From contig OZ336880.1 in the NCBI GenBank assembly GCA_965287045.1, positions 60,264,001 through 60,328,000 on the forward strand: a DNA stretch of 64,000 nucleotides, given 5' to 3'. This document shows, one piece after another, positions 24,154 through 35,639 of the stretch; position 1 is the stretch's first letter; every line of letters begins with the position of its first letter. The position numbers were made by a program, and so were the translations under genes. The notes under the pieces were generated by a model. The model was not told the DNA's origin and did not search any database. It worked only from the letters and a program-made list of their open reading frames with translations. The DNA comes from Carcharhinus amblyrhynchos. Its lineage: Eukaryota.

Positions 24154-24769
24154 TTGTAGTTTGTAGATAGAAGTTATAATAATAGGGATTTTTAAACAAT
24201 GGTAGGCCTGAGGGTGCATGGGGACTTGATGGGGGTGGGGGTGGGAGCAGAGGTTTGGGCCTTAGGTACAGGGCCAGGCTGTTGTAGAGGGGGTAGGAAC
24301 GGGGAGTCAGACCTCAGAAGAATGGGTCGAGTAAGACCTTGGGGTGGGGTCGATTGCAGAAATTTGGATCGGGCCTCGGGAGGTGGGAAGGTGTTGGCTC
24401 AGGTCAGGTTAGCCTCAGGATGGCAGGGAGTTGGATCAGGTGTGACCCAAAGGAGGGGTTGGGAGTCACGTAATGCCTTTGGTGTGGGGAGGGGGTAAAC
24501 ATAAGAACTAGAAGCAGGAGTAGGCCCCTCGAGTCTGCTCTGCCATTCAGTAAGATCATGGCTGATCTTTTCATGGACTCAGCTCCACTTACCCACCTGC
24601 TCACCATAATTCTTAATTCTTTCACTGTTCAAAAATTTATCTGAAGATCAGGCTCAGTGGAGTGCGAGGATGGTGAAAGTCGGAGGTTGGATCTTGCTGA
24701 GGGGGGACAGAATTCCGTGGGGAGATAGTTTCATGGGAGGGGGGGGTGGGAGTTTTGAAGGAAGCATAG

Positions 24770-24771
<2 letters not shown>

Positions 24772-24800
<29 letters not shown>
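24772..24800. repeat. (TG)n microsatellite within a G-rich element
   Basis: About 14 TG units. Confidence 0.95.
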
Positions 24801-24804
<4 letters not shown>

Positions 24805-25714
24805 TGTGGTGGGGGAGATGGGTGGATGGGGGGGGGAATCCTGTGGGGGTAGGGAGTCTCTACAGGGGAATTGTTCTGGGGTGGGGGAATCCTATGCAGA
24901 TTGGTGTGGGTGTGTACAATAGTTGCCCAGAAGTTGGAAGTGGTTTTAATGCTTCCAAACTTTTCTGAATAACTATTGGTGTTACACAGTCAGAGCCATG
25001 CAAAGTTTGTAATTTCAATCAATTTTCAGATGGTTGACAGTGCAAAATAATTGCCCAAGGGAAATTAGGCGATTGCCATGCAAATGTTACCTGGGAATTT
25101 CCAGAGGGACTTCTTTGTGGTTCCCCCCCCATTCCCCCTGTTCCAATATGTTGAAGCTTGGAGGATACAGCTCAATATGATTGAAAATAACTCCAACTAT
25201 ATCTTAAACTAAAAGAGGAAACTGCAAGTTCACCTATAAACAGATATATCTATAATTTAGTCCTCAGTTTTGATCGGTCAGTTTAAGGGGTGCATCTGTT
25301 AATGGATTTACTTGGTGGGAAGTAATTGCTGCATGTCCAGGGACATGTGCCATATGAGCGACTGCTAATGGCTGGTAGTGGCAGCGAGGTGATGGGTGGA
25401 TGATGGAGAACACAAATAGCTGATTTTACGGGGAGCCCAACACAAAGGTACCCTGGCTGGAGAGATTGCAATGGGTGAAATGGGATTGATGAGAGGGATG
25501 GAGATAGCAAGACTGGGTAAGAGATGGCATGTAAGGAATGAAAGTAATAGAATGGGAATGGACATGAGAGGGATGGGATGGATGGAATGTGGTGAGATGA
25601 GGGAAAAGGGACAGCATGGGAGGGGAGTTGTGCGAGAGGTGGGTGAGATGACTTGGAATGATGATGGTGGGGATGCAATTACTTAATACAACTTAACATT
25701 TGAAAGTGATTCTT

Positions 25715-26210
25715 TGTGCTAAAATGATTTGTTAGATTTGTATGAAACAGTTTTGTAAAAGCAAAGAAATGAATTAAAGGAATACAGCAATGTTGATTCT
25801 ATAGTTGAAGAAGATAACAGGCTGTACCCTCCAATGTTTCTAACACCAATTGGCACGCCACCGCACAAACCTTGACTCAAGGTGGGAGCACTTATAATGT
25901 TGCAATGAAACTTGAATCCTGAACAAGTATTTGCAACAAGATTGCTCATTCGGGAACTGTTTTCGTTGATAGATACTGAAATTATAGCAGGAAGTTATTG
26001 AAGGAAATTGTGTTTATTTCTCGAGTAGTATAATGAGTCCAACAGATTTAAGACAACCTTTCCAACGTAGGAGAAATTAGTTTCCAATTCTGCTTTTGTG
26101 ACTATAAACAAATCACAAGACAAGACTCTTGGCAAATTTTTGTCTTTTTATTGCTAAGCCTTTGATTATAGACACCTTTATGTGGCTTTCTCCAGAATGA
26201 GAAGTTTTTG
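25715..26210 (+). mobile_element. Decayed Helitron RepHel helicase (Pif1-like) C-terminal coding remnant
   Basis: YSNVDSIVEEDNRLYPPMFLTPIGTPPHKP*LKVGALIMLQ*NLNPEQVFATRLLI...PFQRRRN*FPI...AFVTINKSQDKTLG...HLYVAFSRM: the ordered Helitron motifs PPHxLxLKVG-MLLRNL, FPV, TINKSQGQTL and QLYVAxSR. Confidence 0.9.
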
Positions 26211-26584
26211 ATTCTATTAGTCTTTAGAGAAAAATTAGAAACCCTGTGTTGTTGCAATAAATGTATTAAATTGGGTACACATGGTTTTCAGGTCTGTGTT
26301 GGTGTTGTAATCATTTTAAAACACACTAAAGAAGCATTTCTTTCTTATATATCATTCTGGAGTCTTAGGAAGATGTTGTATCAGTAATGCATTATAAATA
26401 AAAGCTTGTGGAAGCCCCTGAGAAACTATCTACAATACTGATTCCAAATAGGTTCACACAAAGCAACAACCAATGTGGTGAATGTGTGTTTATTAAATAC
26501 CAGAACAAACTTAATGTAAAGAATCACTGCATTTACATTCGTCACTATAGGCCATATACAAATATATCTGAACTCTGTTGCTAG

Positions 26585-26757
26585 TTAAAAACATTGAAAG
26601 CTGGGATAGACAGATTTTTGGGATACCAAGAAATTAAGGGATATGGGGAACAGACAAAAAAAGTGGAGTTGAAGCCCAGGGTAGCCACGGTCATATTGAA
26701 TGACAGAGCAGGCTTGATGAGCCTTGTGGTCTTCTCCTGCTCTTATTTCTTGTGTTC
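26585..26757 (+). mobile_element. CR1 3' end
   Basis: aaagctgggatagacagatttttg...aattaagggatatgggga...cttctcctgctcttatttcttgtgttc. Confidence 0.75.
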
Positions 26758-27103
26758 ATAGAAGCATAGAATACGTTTAGTGCAGAAGGAGGCCATTTGG
26801 CCCATTGAGACTGCACTGACTCTCTGACAGAGTGTCTTACCCAGGCTCTCTACCTGATCTATTCCGATAACCCCATACATTTACCTGGGCTGATCCATCT
26901 AGCCTACACATCTTTGGACACTGCGGGGCAATTTAGCATGTCCAATCCACCTAACCTTACATCTTTGGACTATGAGAGGAAACCGGAGCACCCAGAGGAG
27001 ATCCACGCAGATGGGGGAAATGTGCAAACGCCACACAGACAGTCACCCAAGGCTGGAATAGAACCTAGGTCCCTGGTGCTGTGAGGCAGTAGTGCTAACC
27101 ATC
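26758..27103 (-). mobile_element. Near full-length HE1 SINE with CR1-type tail
   Basis: atagaagcatagaa...gtgcagaaggaggccatttggccc...ggtgctgtgaggcagtagtgctaacca. Confidence 0.9.
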
Positions 27104-27561
27104 ATGACGCCCAACTGTGTTCTTGTATACACTGAATCTATAACTCAGAAAAAAGCCATTTGGCCCAACCAGTCTGTGCTGGTATTTGTGTTTCATCAGG
27201 GCTTCATTTTTTTAATTCTTTCACGGGCTGTTGGTGTCACAGGCATGCTTGGCATCATGCAAACCTGCCTCCCATTCATGGACTCTGTCTATACTTCCTG
27301 CTGCCTTGGAAAAGCAGTTAACATAATTAAGGACCACATGCACCCTGGACATACTCTCTTCCACCTTCTTCTGTCGAGAAAAAGATACAAAAGTCCGACT
27401 CAAAAAACAGCTTCTTCATTGCTGCCATCAGACTTTTGAATAGGCTTACCTCGTACGAAGTTGATCTTTCTCTACACTCTTGCTATGACTGTAACACTGC
27501 ATTCTGCGCTCATCCACTCAATGTACCCTCCATTCTTTTCTCCCTCAACTCAACTTCAGTT
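26930..27561. repeat. Local duplication copy 2
   Basis: Colinear with 23512-24153; both copies translate to ...KRYKSPTQKTASS. Confidence 0.9.
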
Positions 27562-28449
27562 CAAATATTTAAAGAAGACAGTAAGTTTAATTTATATTGC
27601 TCTTTGAAGGCTAGTTGTCACAGATAAGTATGCACAATGGTGTTGCTATCACTATATCTATGTGCGTGAATACACATTGGTGAAGGAATGACACTGGCAT
27701 TGTATTAGTATTTAATGACCAAACATATAAACACAAACCAAACTAACTGATTAAGATTTGACAATTCCTAGGATTCATTTTAATTTTTATAATAAGCTCC
27801 TCTATGAATGGGAACACTGCTATTTTAATCATTTTTGTAGTTTATCATTGTTGCATCTACTTTATAGGTCAATAACAGGAACAACCAGTTTAGTAGTGCA
27901 GATTCTGCATGGTAGTTTGAGACATATCTAAATTGACAGATGACTTTATTTTCTCCAGCCATCGTGACAGCTTTGACGTGAGGCACTTGCACGTATTTCA
28001 GACCCAGAGTCCTGTTCTAGTCTGACCTTACAATGGATCTCAGTGACATAAAGGAAATTTATGCAGGGTATAACGGCTGGCCAATCTGCTCCCACTATTT
28101 TATGCACCAACCAGTCTGAATGTTTTCTATATCAAGATAATGTGATCCAAGCACACTTAAAGCGAATTATTGGTCTGTGGCATTCTTTAATTACCTTACA
28201 TGAATTAGTTTTTTTCTTGGAAATTTATGGTTTGATATGAACTGATATGGATTTTGGTATGAAAATTTATATTTTCCAATGATTTTCCACATGGTAGTTA
28301 ACATGATTTGATCTAGTAGTCCATGACACCTAAGCATGAGAAATATTCTAATAAATTTATTTCATTGCCACTTATCTGAAAAATAGTAGCTTGGCATGGT
28401 GCCATACAGAGAATGGTTTCTTGGTAGTGATTGAATATTGGTGAAAATA

Positions 28450-29005
28450 GAGAGCTTTTCATCTTGCACTAACTGGGACAAATACAAAAATGCCAACTTT
28501 CAAACAGTAACAACTGTTTATACGGCAGGAGGACAGGGTTTTGGCTGATTTGTTGGCAAATCAACTCAGATTCACTGTTGGTAGACATAGCCCAGAAACA
28601 GAACATGTACTGCTAAACATGATTCAACAATTGGGCAGCACTTGCTGAACAATTCTGAGTACACAAATAATTACATGAAAACTAATTTCAGATAATTAAT
28701 TCAACTCGTAGCATGACTCATTTATTCTTGATAGAAGTAACATACACAGGGAACCATTCTCTGAAAACAAAAGGAATATATTCAAGCCTTGTGCCTTTTT
28801 GAAATTATCTGGGTACTTGGGAGCATGTACCTCCCTGTTCCTTTCTCCATGACAACCTCTTGGCCAATCAGAATCAACATGCCAACCAACAAGCTCCCAT
28901 TCCTCCTATAATATAAATTCTTGTGATTGTTTGAAATTTGGCATTCTTGTGTTTTGTCTTGATGAATAAAAGATAAAAAGCCTTGGCAACATGTTATTTT
29001 TCAGT
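28450..29005. mobile_element. Penelope-like remnant bounded by inverted pseudo-LTRs (second family)
   Basis: Left agcttttcatcttgcactaactgggacaaatacaaaaatgccaactttcaaac; right gtttgaaatttggcattcttgtgttttgtcttgatgaataaaagataaaaagc. Confidence 0.65.
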
Positions 29006-29491
29006 AATACAAAAGGAAAATGTACTGAAGGACAAGTGTAAGGTTGTATTGATTTGTTCTTTGTAATTCATTGTCATAATACAGTCTTAATTTGTAAATC
29101 AGCTTGTATTCCAATTTAAATGTGTCCCTCTTTATCTTTCCATGGGATGTGGGCATCTCCGCCTAGACCAGCATTTATTGCCTGTCCCTAATTGCACTTG
29201 AGGAGGTCATGATGAGCCAATCTCTTGAACCACTGTAGTTTTCCTAAAGGACATTAGTGAATTGGGTTTTTGTAACAAATAATGTTAGTTCCATGATGAC
29301 CATTTCTGAAACAAAATTGAACTTTTTTCATGAATTGAATTGTTATTTCACTAGCTGATCTCATGAGACTTGAACCCCTGTCCTCAGAAAATTAGCCTGG
29401 GTTTCTGAATTACTTAATCCTGTGACATTACCCCAATGCCACCAGCTTCTTTGCTTTAGTGAGTCATTTCATAATATCTGTATTTTCACAG

Positions 29492-29597
29492 GTTCATTGC
29501 CAAACCATGTGCTTTAGGCCTCAAAATTCAAGCAAATGGACCACAGAAAGCTCAGCCAAATGCTATCCTGGAAAAAGTCTTCACTGCAATCACTAAG
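29492..29597 (+). CDS. CERS6: Ceramide synthase 6, internal coding exon (exon 2 equivalent), 106 nt, phase 2 to phase 0
   Basis: Acceptor tattttcacag| followed by G TTC ATT GCC..., translating to [35 protein letters not shown]. This closely matches recalled vertebrate CERS6 ([35 protein letters not shown]). Ends AAG|gcaagt. Not in the ORF track because the exon is short. Confidence 0.95.
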
Positions 29598-30319
29598 GCA
29601 AGTAGATACTATTCAATAGAAATGAAAGTGTGCAAAAAGCATACTTAAGCAAATTTTCAAACTTCATTTTTGTAAATATTACTCATCTTTCTTTGGGTCG
29701 CACTGTGGGTTTCTTCCTCCAGTTGGTGATATCTTGGATTGTGTTGTCTTCTCCACAACTGCAGTCAAAATTGATTTGTGTAAGTCAAGAAAAGGTAAAA
29801 GGCAAGATAGTCCTGATACTCCACATCTCTCCCTAAGCACACAGCAAATTTTATTATGGGTAGTGTTTTTTGTTGTGCTTTATCTGATAGAAATTAGAAA
29901 GTGTTATTTTAATGGTGTTTGTACGGCAGGTTTTTCTTCTGATGTAAAGAAATTCCAGAGCATTTATTATCAATACCAGTTGCAATTTCACCCGGTCTTA
30001 AACAAGCTAATTAATAATACTTAAATCATTATATCAGAAACTGGCCAGTAGAATTCTTCACTTTTTTTGTGGCATTGTGAATTTCACAGATATGCAGCAA
30101 CTTATTATGTATGCAATACAATTTACTTCTACTGTTAAAAAATGTTCCTATTTGTTTTAATACAGTTACATGAATCCAAAGATTTGCTGGGCAATGTCTG
30201 GAAGTTCAGATGCATTAGGGAGTACTAAAAGTAATTAATAGCCGGTCAGAAAGCACCAGTAAGAATTTTGCTTATGTAATAAACAGTCATATCAGACTAT
30301 GGCGTGCTTATTTTTTTTC

Positions 30320-30560
30320 AAGCAATGGAGAGAGAGACGGCGTGCAGAAGGTATAAACTAAGATTAGTTGGTCAAGATTTGTGGACCATATTAGAGCATT
30401 GTGAAATGCTCTCTTATGGAGCGGAGGAAAAGGAAACCAGCAGCATCCAAACGGTCGAGCAAGTGTGGAAGACGATTGCACAGGATGTCAATAGGAGTCA
30501 TCCAGCAGGTGAAACTGGAAGGATATTTAAAAAACAATTCCTTGCAAAGTATTGGCCTAG
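30320..30560 (+). mobile_element. Myb/SANT-like (Harbinger-associated) coding remnant
   Basis: ILEHCEMLSYGAEEKETSSIQTVEQVWKTIAQDVNRSHPAGETGRIFKKQF fits the WxxIAxxVN...KKxF pattern. Confidence 0.5.
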
Positions 30561-30584
30561 CAGTCAAATGTTCCTGCACACTTT

Positions 30585-32022
30585 GGGTCTGATTTTACCA
30601 TTTTCATTCTAAGTGCTGAAGCTGCGTGTAATGCAGATCCGACTTGGAAATCTGCTTTCAGGCGCCCCTCATGTGCACTCAGCCTGAAAACAAAATCGCG
30701 GGCCCCATTCGCGCTGTGCGCGGGGCTTAGCGTGCCTGGAACGATCAGATCCCTGAATTGCACGTGTGCAGTTAGAAGAAAATTTGAAAAAGCGCACCTC
30801 TGTCAGATCGCTCCTGGGCCGCAGAAAGCAGAGAAAGTGGCCCGGGAGCGAAAAGAGGGAGTGAAGGCTCCCACAGATATCACTGCCCCCTTATTCACCT
30901 ACCCCCCCAATTACGCAGACCAATCGCGATGCCCTGCCCCCTTCCCTCTCCCACCAATTACCCACAGAGTAGTAGCAGACCCCCTCTCCACCAGAGATCC
31001 ACCTGCACCCCCACCTCCACCCACCAATGAGCGATCGGGTCTCCCCCCACAACAGAGATCATCTTACCTGCCCCCCGCACAAGAGAATGGTTTGGCCTCA
31101 CTCACCAAACCCCCACCCTCTGACAATGATCTGGCCTCATGTATCTCCCCCCAGAGAATGGTCTGGCCTCACTAAACCACCCCCACCCCTCCCAGATAAT
31201 GATCTGCCTCACTCATTCCCCCCCCTCCAGAAAATGGTCTGGCCTTCCCACCCCCACCCAGATAAGCATCTGACCCACCTCCTTCTCCCCCACCACCAGA
31301 CAACAATCAGCCCTCCCCCCAGTCACCAGACAACAATCAGCCCTCCTCCCCCCCCAACCAGAGATATATCTGACCCCCCTCCTCCTCCGTCCTCATTATA
31401 CAATGATCAGTACTCCACCCACTGCCACCAGTCAACGGTGGCCCCCCCTCCCCCAGACAATGATCGGCCCCTGCCACCCCCCCCCCCCCCCCCCCCCCCC
31501 CCCACCACCACCACCACCATCACCACCAGAAATACACCTCCTCCTCCTACTCCCACTGCTCCCCCCAACCAGACGACGATCTGGCCTCACTCCCCTCTCT
31601 CCCACCCCACCAAACCAGAGAATGGTCTGACTCATCTTCTCCCCGCCAACCACTGATCTGAGTCAGAGAGCCATTGGAAGCTCTGAACTCACTTCTTCAG
31701 CAGTTGGAGCGCCCGATTCAGACTTTTATTCAGCAGGTTCAGTTTGGTGAGATTCTGGATCAGCAAGCACAGCGGTAAAGAAAGAAATGCTGATAAAATT
31801 AGACAAGCAGTTCATTAATGCAATTTAAATGCATGCAGATGCATTTAAATTGTTGTTGCGCCCATTTCGGGTACAAATTGGATTGCCGCCCTTCCCAGAT
31901 TTCAGTAAAGTGGCAATCTGTGCAGCATGTGGGTGCAGATCGCATTAATGGCCTCGCACCCGACTTTACAACGTTGTTTTCGAGCCCAAAAATGGGCATG
32001 ACGCAATAGTAAAATTGGGCCC
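30585..32022. mobile_element. 1438-bp non-autonomous Harbinger-type element with C-rich internal tandem repeats
   Basis: TIRs GGGTCTGATTTTACCATT and reverse complement GGGCCCAATTTTACTATT; 3-bp TSD TTT at 30582-30584 and 32023-32025; retains many CpGs. Confidence 0.85.
30950..31660 (+). repeat. Degenerate C-rich minisatellite (CCAGA-sAATGrTCTGGCCTCACTC-polyC), including a poly-C run of about 27 nt
   Basis: Roughly 15 units of about 35-40 nt inside the element above. Confidence 0.85.
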
Positions 32023-32714
32023 TTTCTGTTTGCAAGATATCTGTATTCAGCTAAGCTTCACACCGAATTGTTACTGCGCAAAGTGTGCAGCATAAAGTCT
32101 TCACTTACTGATTTATGTATTTCTACTCTCCTAACAGCAAAAGACTTCCTTTAAGTGATGGGTGAAGAGATTTAGCAGGCTAAATCTTTTACTTTCTTTT
32201 AAGACATTAACAAGGAAGTCATCAGCTGGGAAAATATATATAAAAAGAATGGAGTAGGAGCTGCAGGACAAGAACACCCTCCAGGTTTGGATAATTTCTT
32301 TGGGCAAATGCTTTTCAACAGCTATAAAGGAGTAACCAGTGCAGCAAAATGTACAATATAATTTCTGCACGATAACTACATTCCTAACTATGAACATTGA
32401 CTTTTATGTCTCTTTTTTATTGCAGGCATTGTTCAAATTGCAAGAGCAGCAAGCTGGCCTCTCAGCTTCAAACTTCAGTCTATCACGCAGCATCATTATT
32501 ATTTAAAGCAGCCACTTATCCAGAGATTTGTATAATGATGGGCTTTGCAGATTTCAAAGGTAGATTTACAGGATGAGTTGCTTTCCATAGGTGTAAAAGG
32601 GGCAGGTGTAATAGCTGAACAAGTGGAAGCTTGGCACCATTAGAAACCCTGTTGAATGGCTGAGTGACCCTAGCCTCAGGAGACTCACAATTTAAATGAG
32701 AATGCGTTATATAT

Positions 32715-33360
32715 GGGAAGTCTTGTGGTATAGTAGATAGCATCCCAGCTTCTGAGTTAGAAGCTCCAGGTTTGTGTTGTCACCCAGGACTTGGTGGCCA
32801 AGCAAGATGCATTTGTAACATGGCTAAACAGGCTGAGTATCAAATTGCAAATCCTTCCAATGGCAGGCATCTACAGCAGGAGTGATTCCAAGCCAACCGT
32901 GTGATGGAAAGAGTGTTGATGTGTCCACCTTTGGTACGTGTTGCCACGGCAACTCTGACATCCTGAGTGAACTGTAAGATGCCAGTTCATATCATAAAGG
33001 TATGAATGGGCACTTCAGTGTTTGCCTCTTTGCAGGTGACACTATGAACTGGGTTTGGCCATGCTAAATTCTCCTTCGGTGTACTTGAACAGGCGCCAGA
33101 GTGTGGTGATTAGGAGATTAACACTGCAATGAAATTACTGTGACTATGTAAGCCTACTTGTGACACTAATAAATAACCTTTACTTCAACTTTACTTTTCA
33201 CTATCCATAGCTCCAGCCTATAGCATGCATGTAAAAGTATATGTTGCCGCGGCAACTCGGACAGCCTGAGTGAACTGTAACGTACCCAGTTTATATTTCA
33301 AAGGGATGAATGGGCACCTCGGTATTTGCTACTTTGCAGATTACACTGTGAACTGGGTTT
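32715..33360 (+). mobile_element. Old tRNA-derived SINE with duplicated 3' segment and an inserted HE1-like tail (about 33057-33190)
   Basis: Homologous to 8120-8450; 32938-33056 is repeated at 33241-33360. Confidence 0.65.
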
Positions 33361-33394
33361 CTGTAGTTTCCACTAACATGTTGGACATCATCAT

Positions 33395-34042
33395 GAAGCA
33401 AGGATTCTAGAGCCCAAGGTTTCACCCGTTGGCTGCGTGCATTCAGCAGGCTTGAAACGTGTTCCCGGCCGCACCGAAGTGCGATTTCCTGCTGGCTGAC
33501 CAATTGACAGCCATCCAGTGTGAAACGCGCTGTGTGAAAGGCTGAGCACTGTTGAAGAGGGCAGGCTCCAAGGGGAGAGTGCAGGACGGTGCATTATGTT
33601 TCATCAGGGCACAGCCACTGTGGAGCTGTCTCAGGCAGGGCTGCTTCTCTGTGAAAAGTAAATAGCTTTATAAAAACTGTCTGGGGCAGCACATTCAAAC
33701 ACAACTTCAGTGCCCAGACATGTTCTTAATTTTATTTCACCCCTGACAGTTCATCCCACGACAGATCAAAGTTGAAGCTAAAACGTAAAGGCCATCTGGT
33801 CAGTTGACCCACCCACCAACTGTAAAAGCGGATGGGTCATGTAAAATTCCACTCAGCTGGCCCCTTAACCAGCCAAACTGCCTGCTTGATTGTCAGCGGG
33901 CGCGTTTCCAACATTCACACTCGTTGTCCAAAATATTGTGAATGCGCGATGACATTGTGATGTGCTGCCGACGTCAATTTGTGCGATTTCACATGCCTCT
34001 GGGTCAGGTGTGCAACAGCCCGAGCAACGTAAAATTCTGATC
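33395..34042. mobile_element. CpG-retaining non-autonomous Harbinger-type element
   Basis: Right end cccgagcaacGTAAAATTCTGATC resembles the TIR family; left end uncertain. Confidence 0.5.
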
Positions 34043-35639
34043 GATGTTCTGTTGTGATAAGCCATCAATAAAAGACATCTCATGTACTTGGTCAGTGAAT
34101 ACGTTTGTAACATCTCTCAGGAGTGCTCCTATTGATGATGTTGCGATCCTCACTTTTTGGTGTGATAACCATCTGCTTGGGTCCAAGTAGAAACCGCATG
34201 TCAGCTCCCTCCAGTGTGTGCTTGAGCAGAGCAGGAACTATGACTGATCAGCCTCCAGCAAGAGCGTGAGGCCAGAAACTCATATGGTCTTCCACCCCTT
34301 GTCTGCAGCTGGGTCTGGACAAGTGACGTTCTTAAAGTCAGGGTAGGACATTCTTTTCTAGAGTGCAGGCAAGATCATCTGAGTCCGCTACATATCACAA
34401 TACGCAACTAGCTAAATCACAAGCAAGTTTGAGGCAAACCTCTCAGAAATCCTTCCCATCACTGTTTCCAGTAACAAAGAGGAAAAAAGGAGAGTAGAAA
34501 TGTAAAGTACGCTAGTTCATGTGCCATTCTGCCTATGACTTTGATCGATTTTATTAAACACCAATGATAACTCTTTTTTCTCCATTAAAAAGGCTTCCAC
34601 TTCCCGTTCATTGCTTTCTTTCCAAATCACTGGGCAGAAAAATGAATCACGCCTGATTTAGGATGGTAACTTAGTGCAATTGATGCTGCAGGAACTGAAT
34701 TGGGCCTGTAACAGAACCATGACAATTTGTCCACACCACAAGCTGCAGGTGCCAATTGTGGCTCCAGCAATAGCTCACTGGTCACTGGGTGACAGTCCAG
34801 ATGGGGAATAGGGTTGACTGGTGGCCATTACTCCAGCTCTTCACTGCTTCACAGCAAAGTAAGTAAAAACAAAAATCAAATTTCTCTTTCCAGTGGCGAT
34901 CTGTAGTAGTCCCTTTAGGGATTGCAGATTTTGGCAGCTTTTGAAGCACCTGTAAATACTAACCACAGCTTGCTGTCGGCATGTGAAATTAACAGTTGCA
35001 AAGGCGGCACAAAACTGGCATTATGTTCCCAATTTGCAAGTGTAAAGCTGCTAACAGCTATAAAACAGCTTTAAACAGAATGGCAGGTGATGTAGGTTGA
35101 GTACATACATGCCTTCTATCATATTGGACGTTTAGGTGTCTGTTTTACACATGTAAAAGAGGCACAATGCAACTTAATTTGAAACCCAGGTTTCTACATT
35201 AACAGCATGATCGAAGAATTGTTATTTTTGAAAAAAAACACAACTTATTAAATGTTAAAGTAGGAAAACAGTGCTGATCAGAGTTTGGTTTCTGTTTCTG
35301 GCAGGGACTGGTGAATTTCCTCTAGCTCCTTGTCATTATCCTCAATATCTTTCTCTGTAATTTGTTGCTATTTATTTTCCACAAACCTTTGTACATCTTG
35401 TTCTGAAGCGGTGTTGTGTTTTACTATCATTTTCAACTCTTTTGGTGCAAATGTTTCGAGAACAACTCCCAGGAAGTTTCCTCTTACTTATCCATACTCT
35501 GTCCTTTGATGACATAGTTCATTGGCTTGGATGCTAACGGAATCCAGATCTACCTTTCTCAACCCCTGTACAGCTGCTGTCCAGACAGATTTCCAGTCTT
35601 GAGAGAGCTGTATCTTGAGAAACCATTGTCTTCATTTCC

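Noticed and set aside
1-29491. CERS6 exon 1 or promoter CpG island
   Set aside because: No WFWNERFWLP-like coding sequence and no CpG island outside repeats; probably upstream of the window.
31027-31656. 209-aa proline-rich ORF
   Set aside because: Translation of a C-rich minisatellite inside a TIR element.
32400-32520. Strong-looking acceptor (ctcttttttattgcag), with similar ones near 2652 and 22889
   Set aside because: No recognisable coding match or convincing paired donor; cannot be supported as an exon without RNA data.
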